From an uncultured delta proteobacterium (lineage in GTDB: Bacteria; Desulfobacterota; Desulfomonilia; UBA1062), in the NCBI GenBank assembly GCA_963752595.1, contig CAVVYZ010000002.1, positions 96,001 through 160,000 on the forward strand: a DNA stretch of 64,000 nucleotides. Direction: 5' to 3'. This document shows, piece after piece, positions 62,136-64,000 of the stretch (position 1 is the first letter of the stretch; each line of letters begins with the position of its first letter). The position numbers and the translations under genes are program-made. The notes below the pieces were generated by a model, which had not been told where the DNA came from, did no database searches, and saw only the letters and a program-made list of their open reading frames with translations.

Positions 62136-63299
62136 TCAGACAAAAGATCTTTTGATACGCATGAGCTCCTGGCGGGGCGGCTCTTCCATCACGAGCCTGT
62201 TCTTTCCGTTTGTTTTGGCTCGATAGAGTGCTGTGTCAGCCCTGGCGATGAGCGTATCGATTGATTCCGGTGGAACGTAACGCGTAAGTCCCATGGAAAT
62301 GGTGACCCTGAAATCTTCAGGCAGCCCGGGGAAACTGGTCTGTGAAGCGAGATCTTTGATCCGGTCGGCGCAGATGATCGCTTCATCCATATCAGGGTAA
62401 GCGAGGATAACGACGAATTCCTCGCCGCCGTAGCGCGCTATGTAGTCCTGTTCACGGATATCTTTTTTTACTGCCTGGACCAGTGTTCTGAGCACCGTAT
62501 CGCCGATCTGGTGCCCGAAGGTGTCATTGACGTGTTTGAAATCATCGAGATCGAAGATGCAGAAAGAAAAAGATGCCTCACCACGGTCGGCCAGAGCTTT
62601 TTCCCTCTCGAGGATCTTGATCATCTGGCGGCGGTTGTATACCCCAGTGAGCTCATCGATGATTGCCGACTGCCGTATCCTCTCATTGGCCTGGCTCAAC
62701 TCGACATTGGTCTTCACGAGTTTTTCCCTGAGGTGATTGATGTAGCTTCCAATGGCTGCGAACCATGAGAGTACTGCTGCCAGGACGATCCAGTAAAGAA
62801 TGGCCTCCTGGAAGTTGATTTCATCAGGATGATTGGCGAGCAGCAGCACGATTACATAGCCGTACCCGGCCAGGGCATATAGGGCGAGGATGAAAAACTG
62901 CCGGAGCTGCAGTCTGAAAACGCCGAAAATGAACACGACCATGTAGAGAAGCAAGACGATCCCTCTGACGTGATCGGTATAGTAAGCCACGATCATGGCG
63001 CCGAAGGTGGCCTGGATCATCTGGTACATTGTAAGGCTCGGGTCTTTGAAACGTTTGTTCAGGCCGATCCTGAATACGAAAAAGATAATCAGGTTGAGAA
63101 CCAGAATCGCGACAATAGTCGCTATCAGGCCGTACAGGGACATCCTGAACCATCCCTGGAAATAACAGTAGATTATGAGCAACATCCACATGATGTACGC
63201 AGAGAATGCCATGAAGAAACGGCGCATCCTCAGTGCCTGATTCGGATCGTCATGCGGCAGAATATTGTACATGAGTCCCTGATGCCTTATTTTTGTCAT
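62136..63299 (-). CDS. Membrane-bound diguanylate cyclase
   Basis: About six TM segments; DELTG.YNR, DLDDFK.VND.FGH..GD, REQD I-site and GGEEF. Confidence 0.92.
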   Translation of the reverse strand: MTKIRHQGLMYNILPHDDPNQALRMRRFFMAFSAYIMWMLLIIYCYFQGWFRMSLYGLIATIVAILVLNLIIFFVFRIGLNKRFKDPSLTMYQMIQATFGAMIVAYYTDHVRGIVLLLYMVVFIFGVFRLQLRQFFILALYALAGYGYVIVLLLANHPDEINFQEAILYWIVLAAVLSWFAAIGSYINHLREKLVKTNVELSQANERIRQSAIIDELTGVYNRRQMIKILEREKALADRGEASFSFCIFDLDDFKHVNDTFGHQIGDTVLRTLVQAVKKDIREQDYIARYGGEEFVVILAYPDMDEAIICADRIKDLASQTSFPGLPEDFRVTISMGLTRYVPPESIDTLIARADTALYRAKTNGKNRLVMEEPPRQELMRIKRSFV

Positions 63300-63397
63300 T
63301 GGTATTTTTTGCTATATCGGAATAACCGAAAGAAAGGACAACTATATTCTAACAAAAAATCGGAAGTTATCCGGGGCGGATGGAAAAATATTTTACA

Positions 63398-63787
63398 TCA
63401 TTCCTGAAGGTGTTCGAATCCCTGGGCCAGGACATTTTTTATATGCTTGTCGCTCAGGGAGTAGTATACATGTTTGCCGGTCTTCCTTGACTTTATCAGG
63501 CGGGATCTGCTCAACAACCGCAGCTGGTGGGAAATGGCGGAATGGTTCATGGCGAGCAGCTCTGCAATGTCTCCCACGCATAATTCCGAAGCCCCGAGGG
63601 CAAACAGGATTTTTATACGGGTAGGATCACCGAAGAGTTTAAAGAAATCCGCAAGCTCGTCCGCTACCCGCTCGTCAGCAGGAAGAAGCTCCTTGATCCT
63701 GCCTATCTTCAAGGCCCTATCCGCAGGATCTGATGGATGTGCAGTATCCATTGGTAAGAATGTAATTTTATCCGAGCAGGATGTCAA
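63398..63787 (-). CDS. ArsR/SmtB metalloregulator
   Basis: FK..GDPTR..I, ELCVGD, SAISHQL and the alpha5 site DKH...HLQE. The start may be 63751. Confidence 0.9.
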   Translation of the reverse strand: MTSCSDKITFLPMDTAHPSDPADRALKIGRIKELLPADERVADELADFFKLFGDPTRIKILFALGASELCVGDIAELLAMNHSAISHQLRLLSRSRLIKSRKTGKHVYYSLSDKHIKNVLAQGFEHLQE

Positions 63788-63901
63788 TCAGAAGATTCCC
63801 GGCGGCTTGGCTTAAGGGATTACTTCATGATCTTTGTGATTGACGGGACAAGCCGACCTTCTGTAGAAACTTCCAGCATAAGAAGGAAGGTGGGAATAGG
63901 T

Positions 63902-64000
63902 GTGATAGGAACGCTGGTAAATGCCTCGGCCGTGGTAGTCGGTTCGGTAGTCGGTATCTATGCCGGAAGGCGTATAACGGATGATATCCGGGAAACCCTC
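63902..64000 (+). CDS. DUF554 family membrane protein (5' part, truncated by the window edge)
   Basis: GTG start, MIGTLVNASAVVVGSVVG..G..I...IRETL. Confidence 0.7.
   Translation, partial: MIGTLVNASAVVVGSVVGIYAGRRITDDIRETL

Overview
This window is 64 kb of mostly core chromosome from an anaerobic Desulfobacterota ('deltaproteobacterial', Syntrophales/Desulfomonilia-like) organism. The taxonomy is inferred from gene content and order only. In order it holds: an HMG-CoA reductase homolog plus a stand-alone DUF2156 gene; a GldA/F/G-like ABC system running into dCMP deaminase, a Dcd/dUTPase-like gene and thyX; tig-clpP-clpX-lon-hup-tRNA(Val)-tRNA(Asp); DUF2065-queA-tgt-yajC-secD-secF; a secreted FN3 protein ending in GGGGGGC-FISTAGF behind a sigma54-type promoter; a glycan/LPS cluster; panP and rsmI; a small sigma28-driven gene resembling the flagellin C-terminus next to two HDOD genes; apgM, hom, lipA, a UDP-sugar dehydrogenase, murI and an EF-G paralog; a partial T2SS (gspC-exeA-exeB-gspD-gspE) coupled to radA; then ihfA, ferredoxin, an acyl-CoA ligase, a TMTC-like glycosyltransferase, a diguanylate cyclase and an ArsR regulator. 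Many conserved genes (tig, clpP, queA, tgt, yajC, secD, the UDP-sugar dehydrogenase, fusA2) carry single-base frameshifts, most likely long-read indel errors. I saw no CRISPR array, rRNA, transposase, integrase or prophage. The best novelty candidates are the sigma28 'mini-flagellin', the HMGR-DUF2156 pair, the minimal Gly-rich CFI C-terminal tag, and the ABC-to-ThyX operon with a catalytically divergent Dcd-like protein. All family assignments come from motif recognition by eye, not database searches.
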